Shown piece after piece: positions 10,515-18,882 of a DNA stretch of 64,000 nucleotides. The DNA lies in NCBI GenBank assembly GCA_040751795.1, contig JBFMHR010000001.1, positions 256,001-320,000 on the forward strand. Direction: 5' to 3'. The position numbers and the translations under genes were made by a program. The notes below the pieces were generated by a model, which was not told where the DNA came from, ran no database searches, and saw only the letters and a list, made by a program, of their open reading frames with translations. Numbering within the stretch: position 1 is the first letter of the stretch; each line of letters opens with the position of its first letter. The DNA is from Thermoplasmatota archaeon (GTDB lineage: Archaea > Thermoplasmatota > Thermoplasmata > UBA10834).

Positions 10515-11102
10515 GTGATTGGTCTGGCGAGAACCGGCCGCAGGGTGCTGCCTGGAGACGAGGTGGCCATTGCTGAGGAGTACATGTCGGGAGAGGGCAC
10601 ATACGAGTCCGAGGGCAAGATCTACGCGAGCGCCGTCGGCGAGCTCGACCTCGACGCTAGGGAGAAGACCGCAAAGGTGATACTGGACAACCCGCCAGTG
10701 GTCCTGATGGAGGGTGACACCGTGCTCGCGGAGGTCACCGACACCAGGCCCGCGATGGCCATATGCAGCGTCGTGGCCCAGGAGGGGAGGGAGAGACCGG
10801 TGTCGAGCGAGACGCTCGCGTCGGTCCACGTCTCGAAGATCGCTTCCTCTTACGTCGAGGACGCGGGGGATCTCCTCAGGGCGGGGGACCTCATACGGGC
10901 GCAGGTCATACAGGCCGACCCGTCCGTGCAGCTGTCGACGACCGGCCCGCACTTCGGCGTCATAAGGGCGCTCTGCGTGGTCTGCAGGTCCCCCCTCGAG
11001 AGGAGGGGAAGGGACCTGTGGTGCAAGCGCTGCGAGCACAAGGAGACCCGCAAGCTGGCCGACGACTACAGGGACTACGACATGTCCAAGGGAAAGCCCT
11101 AA
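10515..11102 (+). CDS. csl4: Exosome RNA-binding subunit Csl4
   Basis: VLPGDE..EEY..GEGTYE, S1 domain, C-terminal zinc ribbon and ETRKLA; true start may be CTG 10524. Confidence 0.9.
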   Translation: MIGLARTGRRVLPGDEVAIAEEYMSGEGTYESEGKIYASAVGELDLDAREKTAKVILDNPPVVLMEGDTVLAEVTDTRPAMAICSVVAQEGRERPVSSETLASVHVSKIASSYVEDAGDLLRAGDLIRAQVIQADPSVQLSTTGPHFGVIRALCVVCRSPLERRGRDLWCKRCEHKETRKLADDYRDYDMSKGKP

Positions 11103-11146
11103 ATCCGCGCACGCTGATTGAGTCGGACAGGGAGGGGAGGCAGCGA

Positions 11147-11326
11147 TTGACCCAAGGTGAGAAGGAGCTCATTGCCGAGGTGGCGAAGCTCAGGGAGGAC
11201 CTGAGGGAGCTGCGGGAGATCGTGAACGTGCTCGTCAACGTCATAATGGAGGACGAGCTCGAGGAGGAGGAGCAGGAGTTCACGCCCTTCTCCGGGACCG
11301 ACAACAAGTTCAACCTCTACAACTGA
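11147..11326 (+). CDS. Small acidic coiled-coil hypothetical protein (59 aa)
   Basis: TTG after GGGAGG; MTQGEKELIAEVAKLREDLRELREIVNVLVNVIMEDELEEEEQE...; typical codon usage. Confidence 0.7.
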   Translation: MTQGEKELIAEVAKLREDLRELREIVNVLVNVIMEDELEEEEQEFTPFSGTDNKFNLYN

Positions 11327-11366
11327 CGGCCCTTGCGCCGGCCTTCCGGATAGGAGCAGGAACCGC

Positions 11367-12581
11367 ATGAGGAGCAGCCACTTTCTCGACATGATGAGGC
11401 GGCAGGAGCGCTGGAGGCTCGAGGAGTCCGTCAACCTCCTCCCTTCCGAGAACATGGCCAGCCCGCAGCTGAGGGCCCTCCTGTCGTCCGACTTCGGGCA
11501 CAGGTACACCCTGCCGATCGAGGCGGAGTCGGGCGGCGTGTACATCGAGAACGGCTACAGGGGCTCCAGGCTCACGACCCTGGTGGAGAGGGACTGCGAG
11601 AGGGCCGCCTGCGAGGTCTACGGTTCCAGGTACGCCTGCGTGCAGCCCATGGGGGGCCATATCGCGGCGATGATCGCCATCGCGTCGACCACCCAGAAGG
11701 GGGGCTCGGTCTACGCGATACCGGTGGAGAACGGGGGGTACGACGGCTACGCGCAGCCCTACCTCCCGGACATCCTGGGCCTGAAGGCCGGGACGCTGCC
11801 GTTCGACTCCTCCAGGCAGAACATCGACACCGAGGCGACGGCCTCGATGATAAGGAGGAAGAGGCCCGGCCTCGTCATCCTCGGGGCGTCGTTCATACTG
11901 TTCCCCTACGACATGGGCCCGGTCAGGGACGCGTGCGAGGACGCGGGCTCCAAGCTCGCCTACGACGGCTCCCACGTCATGGGCCTCATCGCGGGCGGGG
12001 AGTTCCAGAGGCCCCTCAAGGAGGGCGCGGACCTCCTGTACGGCTCGACGCACAAGAGCCTCTTCGGCCCCCAGGGCGGCATGATACTCACCGACTCCAA
12101 GGCCATCGACGGGGAGGTCAGGAAGAACCTCACCTGGAGGTTCGTGGACAACGTCCACTGGAACAGGGTCGCCGCCCTCGGCCAGGCGATGCTCGAGATG
12201 AGGCGGTTCGGGCCCGCCTACGCCAAGCAGGTCGTCAGGAGCTCCCGGCGCCTCGGGAAGGAGCTCGACGAGAGGGGCTTCCCGATCATGTACCGCGACC
12301 TCGGCTACTCGTCGTCGCACCAGCTCCACATCGACCAGGCGGCGATGGAGGAGAGGTACGGCCTGGACATGAACGGGATGTCCATAAGGCTGGAGAGGAG
12401 CAACCTCATCACCGACTCCGTCGGCAGGCTCGGCACGTCCGAGATCACCAGGCTCGGGGTCAAGGAGAAGCACCTGCCGGAGCTGGCCGACATGTTCGTC
12501 GACGCGGCAAAGGGGAGGCAGGTCAGGAAGAGGGTCAAGGCCTTCAGGGACCGCTTCACCATGGACTACAGGTTCAGGTGA
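11367..12581 (+). CDS. glyA: Serine hydroxymethyltransferase-like PLP enzyme (divergent)
   Basis: NLLPSEN, YDGSHVMGLIAG, PLP lysine STHKSLFGPQGG, RLGT. Confidence 0.8.
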   Translation: MRSSHFLDMMRRQERWRLEESVNLLPSENMASPQLRALLSSDFGHRYTLPIEAESGGVYIENGYRGSRLTTLVERDCERAACEVYGSRYACVQPMGGHIAAMIAIASTTQKGGSVYAIPVENGGYDGYAQPYLPDILGLKAGTLPFDSSRQNIDTEATASMIRRKRPGLVILGASFILFPYDMGPVRDACEDAGSKLAYDGSHVMGLIAGGEFQRPLKEGADLLYGSTHKSLFGPQGGMILTDSKAIDGEVRKNLTWRFVDNVHWNRVAALGQAMLEMRRFGPAYAKQVVRSSRRLGKELDERGFPIMYRDLGYSSSHQLHIDQAAMEERYGLDMNGMSIRLERSNLITDSVGRLGTSEITRLGVKEKHLPELADMFVDAAKGRQVRKRVKAFRDRFTMDYRFR

Positions 12582-12609
12582 GCCCGCCGGGTAGGCATTT
12601 AATACCGCC

Positions 12610-13383
12610 ATGGCAATGCCAACGGCGTTGACGGAGGACAGGTACTCGCGGCAGGTCCTCCTGCCCGAGATAGGCCCCCAGGGGCAGGCGATGCTCGCCA
12701 AGGCCAGAGCGGTGGTCATCGGCTGCGGGGCGCTCGGGACCCACTCGCTGTCCCTCATGGTCCGGGCGGGCGTCGGCTCCGTCACGGTCGTGGACAGGGA
12801 CGTCGTCGAGCTCACCAACCTCCAGAGGCAGACCCTGTTCTCGGAGAAGGACGTCGGGAGGCCCAAGGCCGAGGCCGCGCAGGAGCGGCTCAGGAGGGTG
12901 AACTCGGACGTGGAGGTCAGGGGCGTCGTCGCCGACGTCACCGCCGCCAACGTGGCGGGCTTCATCGAGGGCGCGACGGTGGTGGTCGACGCCACCGACA
13001 ACATGGAGACGCGGTATATCGTCAACGACGCGTGCGTCAGGGCCGGCGTCCCCTGGGTCTACGGCGGCGCCGTGGGCGTCAGCGGCATGGTCCTGGTGGT
13101 CGCCGGCGACGGCCCGTGCCTGAGGTGCGTCTTCCCCAGGCCCCCGAGGCCCGGGATGCTGCCGACCTGCAACACCGTCGGGATCATCAACACCCTCCCC
13201 GGGACGGTGTCCTCGATCCAGGTCACGGAGGCCATCAAGGTGATGACGGGGAAGGAGCACACGCCGGAGCTGATGGCCGTCGACGTCTGGAACCACGACA
13301 TCCACAAGATCAAGGTCACCAGGGACCCCAAGTGCCCGGCCTGCTGCCATGGCGCGCTCCCTCTGCGCAGGGTGCGGGGGTGA
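12610..13383 (+). CDS. ThiF/MoeB/UbaA E1-like adenylyltransferase
   Basis: RYSRQ, IGCGALG, DVVELTNLQRQ, CLRC, PTC, CPAC. Confidence 0.9.
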   Translation: MAMPTALTEDRYSRQVLLPEIGPQGQAMLAKARAVVIGCGALGTHSLSLMVRAGVGSVTVVDRDVVELTNLQRQTLFSEKDVGRPKAEAAQERLRRVNSDVEVRGVVADVTAANVAGFIEGATVVVDATDNMETRYIVNDACVRAGVPWVYGGAVGVSGMVLVVAGDGPCLRCVFPRPPRPGMLPTCNTVGIINTLPGTVSSIQVTEAIKVMTGKEHTPELMAVDVWNHDIHKIKVTRDPKCPACCHGALPLRRVRG

Positions 13384-13387
13384 CCGG

Positions 13388-14014
13388 CTGAAGGGCATCG
13401 TCCTCCTCTCGGGGGGCATAGACTCCCCGGTCGCCGCGCACATGATGGCCAGGCAGGGCATGGACCTGGTCCTCGTCCACTTCGACAACAGGCCCTTCAC
13501 CAGCGACGCGGAGGTGGACAAGGCGAGGAGGCTCATGGGCCAGCTCGACCGCGCCGCCGGCCGGAGGCACGCGAAGGTCCTCGTGCCGCACGGGGCGACG
13601 CAGGCGGAGGTCGCTAGGAGCTGCAGGACCAACATGCAGTGCGTCCTCTGCAGGAGGACGATGTTCAGGGTCGCGGAGAGGCTCGCGCGCCGGTACGGCG
13701 CGGGGGCGATCGTGACGGGGGAATCCATGGGCCAGGTGGCCTCGCAGACCCTCGCGAACATACTTGTCGAGGAGAGGGCGACCGTCTTGCCCGTCCTCAG
13801 GCCCCTGATAGGCCTGGACAAGGTGGAGATCGAGAGGGTTGCCAAGGAGATCGGCACCTACGAGATATCCACGCTCCCCGGGCTGTGCTGCACCATCGCC
13901 CCGAAGAAACCCTCGACCTACAGCGAACTCTCCACCGCCCTCGATGAGGAGTCCAAGGTGGACATCGAGGCGCTGGCCGACAGGGAGGCCGGGGGCGCCG
14001 TGGAGATCGAGTGA
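13388..14014 (+). CDS. thiI: ThiI-like tRNA sulfurtransferase, catalytic domain only (no THUMP)
   Basis: LLSGGIDSPVA, CVLC, TGESMGQVASQTL, RPLIGLDK.EI; CTG after GGGGTGA SD (track start 13349). Confidence 0.8.
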   Translation: MKGIVLLSGGIDSPVAAHMMARQGMDLVLVHFDNRPFTSDAEVDKARRLMGQLDRAAGRRHAKVLVPHGATQAEVARSCRTNMQCVLCRRTMFRVAERLARRYGAGAIVTGESMGQVASQTLANILVEERATVLPVLRPLIGLDKVEIERVAKEIGTYEISTLPGLCCTIAPKKPSTYSELSTALDEESKVDIEALADREAGGAVEIE

Positions 14015-14023
14015 GGCGATGAC

Positions 14024-14509
14024 ATGAAGGGGTTCGTGCTCGACACATCCGTCCTCTACTACGGCAAGGACCTCCCCGCGGGGTACGAGCTCGTGATATC
14101 GCCCGGCGTCGTCAGGGAGCTCGAGAGGGAGGGCATGGCCCAGAGGCTGGAGCTGCTCCTCGCGACGAGGGTGAGGGTGTCGTCCCCGTCGAAGAGGTCC
14201 CTCGCGAAGGTCGAGGCCGAGGCGAGGACCACTGGCGACTCCGCGAGGCTGTCGGAGACGGACAAGGAGATACTGGCGCTCGCGCTCGACCTGGGGTACC
14301 AGCTTCTGACCGACGACTACTCGATCCAGAACCTCGCGACCGTGCTGGGAGTCCCCTACAGGGGCTTCGACCAGAAGGGCATCACGAAGGTCCTCGAGTG
14401 GGAGGCCAGGTGCACGGGCTGCGGCAAGGCCCTGGGCCCGGGAGCGAAGGAGTGCGACGTGTGCGGCTCCCCCGTGAGGATGCGCAGGAAGAAGGTCCTG
14501 AGGCGCTAG
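14024..14509 (+). CDS. nob1: Nob1-like PIN endonuclease with zinc ribbon
   Basis: VLDTS, LSETD, LLTDDYSIQN, CTGCG...CDVCGS. Confidence 0.88.
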   Translation: MKGFVLDTSVLYYGKDLPAGYELVISPGVVRELEREGMAQRLELLLATRVRVSSPSKRSLAKVEAEARTTGDSARLSETDKEILALALDLGYQLLTDDYSIQNLATVLGVPYRGFDQKGITKVLEWEARCTGCGKALGPGAKECDVCGSPVRMRRKKVLRR

Positions 14510-14519
14510 GCCTCCCGGC

Positions 14520-14972
14520 CTACCTCCTGGGCGGGAGTCCGGTCTTCTCGAAGTGCGTCTGCGCAGCGTCGTCGTGGGACGGGGTCGTGTCCGCCGAATC
14601 CGGCCGGGAGTAGATGTCCCTGACCGTCCTCCACAGCATCACGGAGGCGAACGCGAAGAACGCCAGGGAGGCCAGCCCGAGGATGAGCGAGTCGTCGTCG
14701 CCGCTGGTACGCCATTTGTACAGGAAACTGGAGCTGAAGACGGCCCCCACGGCCCAGTATGCGACCATCCCGATCAAACGGTTGGCGCACCCGCCAATCG
14801 CATCGTCCCTGAGCCGCTCATCCTCCTTCTCGCTCGGGTAGCTCTCTGTCCAGTCGACCAACGACGGCTTCGGCTTCGAGTAGTCGACGCCGTCCCTGCT
14901 GAGAGCTCCCTAGCATCCCGAGCAGCGCTCGGCCCCCTCGAGGTTCTCCGACCCACACGCGGGGCACTTCAT
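14520..14972 (-). pseudogene. Zinc-ribbon + two-TM membrane protein interrupted by an in-frame TAG
   Basis: ATG 14972 reads MKCPACGSENLEGAERCSGC*GALSRDG..., in frame with track ORF 14520..14861; TAG at 14910-14912. Confidence 0.6.
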
Positions 14973-15032
14973 GGACCCACTATGACCGGTGGACCGCCCC
15001 GGGGGCTATTAAGCGTTCCCGGGGGTTGCCCC

Positions 15033-16109
15033 TCACAGGAGGAGCCGCCTGCACCTTATTGCCCTGTCGAGCCCGCGCCTGCCCAGCATGAACATCGCCG
15101 CGCCCAGGAGCCTGTCGCTCCCGAAGACCATGTCGGCCATCCTCCTCGTGCGCACAGATGTCCGCAGAGGGGTCTCCATCACCTTCCTCCAGTGCGTCTC
15201 GTACTCCTCCAGCCTGCACGAACCTGACAGGTGCTCCCTGATGGTCCTCCCCGCCGCCCTCCCGGCGATCATGGCCGTGGGGATGCCGCCGCCGTTCGTG
15301 GCCATCACGTGGCCCGCGGCGTCCCCCACGAGGAGGACTTTCCCCTTCACGGTGGACGGGACCGGGCCGGACATGGGGACGATGCCCATGGTCACTCCCT
15401 CGCAGGTGCAGTCCAGGCCCGAGACGAACCGGTCGAACGCCTCCCTCGGCCGGCCCTTGAAGACCTTCGGGTCGAACCCCAGGCCCACGTTGGCGCTCTC
15501 CCCCTTGGGTATGACCCATGCATAGCCGCCGGGGGCGACCCTCCCGAAGAACATCTTGACCTGCGGGTCGAACGACCCCCTGGCCTGGCACGTGACGGCG
15601 GGATACCTGAGGGCGGGGTTCGCGAGGCCGGCGGACCGCGCGGTCCTCGAGTTGGGACCGTCCGCGCCGACGACGACCTTGGCGCTGACCGGGCCGAGGG
15701 TCGTCTCCGCCACCCCCTCCTTCATCCCGAGGAACGAAACGCCCGTCTCAAGCCTCGCCCCGGCCGCGACGGCCAGCTTCGCGAGGTGCTTGTCGAAGGC
15801 CCTCCGGTCGAGTATGTGGGACCTGAAGTCGCAGCGGTAGGTCCTCCCTCCGGGGGAGACGAGGTCCACGTGCTCGCTCTCGCCGTGGACGAGGTGGTCC
15901 GGGACGGTGAAGAGCTCCTCGAGATGCTCGCCCTCCGGGAAGATCGTGTACATCTCCTCGACGTGGGGGAGCAGCTCGCCGCACTGCACGGGGAAGCCGA
16001 CCTCCCTCCGCCTGTCTATGACGAGCACGTCGGTGCCGTCGCCCGCGCAGAACCTCGCCGTGGTGCTACCAGCAGGGCCGGCCCCGACTACGAGGACGTC
16101 GACTTCCAA
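15033..16109 (-). CDS. Geranylgeranyl reductase family flavoprotein
   Basis: DVLVVGAGPAGS, VQCGE, PGGYAWVIPKG, LVGDAAG, GGGI; TTG start. Confidence 0.88.
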   Translation of the reverse strand: MEVDVLVVGAGPAGSTTARFCAGDGTDVLVIDRRREVGFPVQCGELLPHVEEMYTIFPEGEHLEELFTVPDHLVHGESEHVDLVSPGGRTYRCDFRSHILDRRAFDKHLAKLAVAAGARLETGVSFLGMKEGVAETTLGPVSAKVVVGADGPNSRTARSAGLANPALRYPAVTCQARGSFDPQVKMFFGRVAPGGYAWVIPKGESANVGLGFDPKVFKGRPREAFDRFVSGLDCTCEGVTMGIVPMSGPVPSTVKGKVLLVGDAAGHVMATNGGGIPTAMIAGRAAGRTIREHLSGSCRLEEYETHWRKVMETPLRTSVRTRRMADMVFGSDRLLGAAMFMLGRRGLDRAIRCRRLLL

Positions 16110-16819
16110 GGCCTGCTCCCCCTGGTCATCGTCGCGCCCTTCATCCTGAGGAACTCGGTCCCGACCTCCTCGAAGCCCTTCCTCCTGAGCAGCTCCTCGT
16201 ACACCGTCGTGAAGCCGAAGGCCTCGTAGGTGTCGGCGAAGGTCCTGTACGGGTCCCGCTCCAGGCGGTGGTACGCAGCGGGCGATGCGGCGACGCGCGC
16301 GAGCCTGGGCACGACGTGCCTGACGTGCATGTCCAGGAGCTTCGCCCACGGTCCGGGGGGCGGCTTCGCTATGTCCACGATGAACGCCTGTCCCCCGTCC
16401 TTCAGCACCCTCAGCATCTCGGACACGCCCGCTGGCTTGTCCAGGAAGTCCCTGAAGGAGAAGACGCAGAACACCTTGTCGACGGAGCGGTCGGCCAGGG
16501 GTATCCTCTCGCCCAGCCCCTGGAGGAGGGTGACCCTGTCCCCGTCGATGACGTCCTTGGAGAACTCGGCCAGCTGCCTCGAGGGCTCGAGGCAGTAGAT
16601 GTGCTTCGACGCGAGCCTCCTGGCGAAGGAGCCAGGGCCCGAGCCGATCTCGAGCACGACGTCGTCAGGGCCTGCCTTCGCCGCGGCCTCCGCGCGCCAC
16701 CTGTCCACCATGCCGAACGTGATGAGCGAGTTGACCCTGTCGTAGTCGGGGGCGAGCTCCTCGATCGCCCCGACGACCTCCGACCATCTCCTGCCAGACA
16801 TGCCGTTGGGATCCATCAT
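16088..16819 (-). CDS. UbiE/MenG-like SAM methyltransferase
   Basis: YDRVNSLITFGMVDRWR, LEIGSGPG, EMLRVLKDGG; adjacent to prenyl genes. Confidence 0.8.
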   Translation of the reverse strand: MMDPNGMSGRRWSEVVGAIEELAPDYDRVNSLITFGMVDRWRAEAAAKAGPDDVVLEIGSGPGSFARRLASKHIYCLEPSRQLAEFSKDVIDGDRVTLLQGLGERIPLADRSVDKVFCVFSFRDFLDKPAGVSEMLRVLKDGGQAFIVDIAKPPPGPWAKLLDMHVRHVVPRLARVAASPAAYHRLERDPYRTFADTYEAFGFTTVYEELLRRKGFEEVGTEFLRMKGATMTRGSRPWKSTSS

Positions 16820-16828
16820 GCACACCGC

Positions 16829-17821
16829 CTAGGAGTCCCTGTTGAGGACCTTCCCGACCAGCTCCCTCAGCGACCTGCTGTAGACCGTGTCGGGCAGCGA
16901 GCCTATGTGCTGGAGGGCCTCGAGGGCGTAGTACTCGCCCATGCCCTTCGCCTTCTCGACGGCGCCGGAGCCGATCACCATGGAGACGCACCTCCGGAGC
17001 TCGTCGGCCGATGGGCTCTCCTCCCTGACGACCCTGAGGACCTCCTTCCTGACATCCTCCGAGCCCTTCATCGCCAGGAGGGACGGCAGGGTGAGGTAGC
17101 CCTCCTTGATGTCCATGCCCGTCGGCTTGCCGGTCCTCCTCTCGTCCCCGACGAAGTCCAGCACGTCGTCTATGATCTGGAATGCGATGCCGAGGTTCAT
17201 CCCGTAGGCCCCCAGCTCCGACACGAGCTCCGGGGCGCCGTGGGCGAGGTAGGCGCCTATCATCGCGCCCGCGCGTATCGGCTCGGCCGTCTTCCTCTCC
17301 ATGACCTTGATGTAGGTGTCGACCGTCATCTCGTTCGTGTGCCTGTACCTGTTCTGGAGGACCTCGCCCTCGGCGAGCCTCGCGCAGGCGTCGGCCGTGG
17401 TCTGCACGACCATCTTGTCGAACTTGCCGCCCAGCGAGAACGCCTTCACGAACAGGAAGTCCCCGGTCACGATCGCGCTGTGGAGGCCGTACTTCTTGTA
17501 GACGGTCTCCCTGCCCCTCCGCGCGAGCCCCCCGTCGTTGATGTCGTCGTGGATCAGGGTGGCGGAGTGGATGAGCTCGAAGGCGGCGGCGACATCGACT
17601 ATCTTCTCGGTGTCCTCACCCCCGAGGGCCTTGTAGGAGAGGAGGGTCACCGTCGGCCTCATCCTCTTGCCCCCGGCCTCGATGACGTGGAGGGAGGCGT
17701 CGGTGAGCGTCCGCTCCTCCGAGGCGACCATCTCCCGGAGCTTCTCGTCGACCATCTTGAGCTCCCTGTTGACGCCAAAATCCCATGGGGCGGTGGTCAT
17801 CGAATCTCGCATATAACCCAA
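16829..17821 (-). CDS. Trans-polyprenyl diphosphate synthase (long-chain-like)
   Basis: GGKRMRP, HSATLIHDDIND, RRG, KTA, FQIIDDVLD. Confidence 0.92.
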   Translation of the reverse strand: MGYMRDSMTTAPWDFGVNRELKMVDEKLREMVASEERTLTDASLHVIEAGGKRMRPTVTLLSYKALGGEDTEKIVDVAAAFELIHSATLIHDDINDGGLARRGRETVYKKYGLHSAIVTGDFLFVKAFSLGGKFDKMVVQTTADACARLAEGEVLQNRYRHTNEMTVDTYIKVMERKTAEPIRAGAMIGAYLAHGAPELVSELGAYGMNLGIAFQIIDDVLDFVGDERRTGKPTGMDIKEGYLTLPSLLAMKGSEDVRKEVLRVVREESPSADELRRCVSMVIGSGAVEKAKGMGEYYALEALQHIGSLPDTVYSRSLRELVGKVLNRDS

Positions 17822-17949
17822 TCGCTACTTAACTCTGATGGTTGCTGGCTCGAAACGCGGCGACGGCCAGCATCGCCGGCGGGAGTCCCTCCGGGGGCCC
17901 CCGCGGGTGCGCATGGTTTATATGCACCCTCCCGCAGTGGAGGGGCGGT

Positions 17950-18879
17950 ATGATGACCGAGGAGAGGCCTCCGAAACTCAAGATATGGTTGGCCGAGCTC
18001 AGGGCGCCGTTCTTCACGGCGTCGCTCGTGCCCGTGCTGCTCGGCGCTGCGTTCGCGTACGAGGCCGAAGGCGTTTTCGATCCGCTGCTGTTCGTGCTCA
18101 CCCTCGCCGGGGTGGTGTTCGCGCACGCGGGCACCAACGTCGTGAACGACTATTTCGATTTCAAGAGCGGGACGGACATGGCGAACAAGAACAGGACGCC
18201 CTTCAACGGCGGGAGCCCGTTCCTGATAACGGGGCTGCTCACCCCGAAGGAGGTCTACTGGGGCGCCATGACGTTCTTCGCCCTCTGCGCCGCCATCGGC
18301 TTCTACCTGTCGTACGCCGTCACTTACTGGATAGTCCCGCTGGGCCTCATCGGCATCGGGCTCGGGTACTTCTACACCTCGCCGAGGCTGAACCTCGCGG
18401 CCCTGGGGGTCGGGGAGTTCGCGGTGGGGCTCGGGTTCGGACCGCTCGTGGTAGCCGGCGCATACATGGTCCAGACCGGGGACCTGAGCGCCGCGGCGCT
18501 CCTGGCCGGCCTGCCCGTCGCGTTCCTCATCGGCCTCGTCCTCTTCATCAACCAGTTCCCTGACATGGAGGCCGACGGGAGCGTCGGCAAGAACCACTGG
18601 GTGGTGAGGATGGGGCTCAGGAAGGCCTCGTACTGGTACGCGGGGCTGGTGGCCGCCACCTTCGTCACCGTGGCCGCCCTCTGGGCGGCCGGGGTGTACC
18701 CGGCGTGGTCCCTCGTCGCCCTCGCCCCGGCCGTCATTGGGGTCAAGGCGATCCGTACCGTGCTCGGGAAGTACGCGAGCTTCAGGGAGCTCGTCCCGGC
18801 CCAGGCGATGACGGTCCAGATGCACCTCACGGTGGGGCTCCTGATATCGGCGGGGCTCGTGGCCGCGGGGCTCCTCTGA
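17950..18879 (+). CDS. menA: UbiA-family prenyltransferase, MenA-like
   Basis: LRAPFF, NVVNDYFDFKSGTD, NQFPDMEAD..GK; multiple TM helices. Confidence 0.85.
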   Translation: MMTEERPPKLKIWLAELRAPFFTASLVPVLLGAAFAYEAEGVFDPLLFVLTLAGVVFAHAGTNVVNDYFDFKSGTDMANKNRTPFNGGSPFLITGLLTPKEVYWGAMTFFALCAAIGFYLSYAVTYWIVPLGLIGIGLGYFYTSPRLNLAALGVGEFAVGLGFGPLVVAGAYMVQTGDLSAAALLAGLPVAFLIGLVLFINQFPDMEADGSVGKNHWVVRMGLRKASYWYAGLVAATFVTVAALWAAGVYPAWSLVALAPAVIGVKAIRTVLGKYASFRELVPAQAMTVQMHLTVGLLISAGLVAAGLL

Positions 18880-18882
18880 TCC

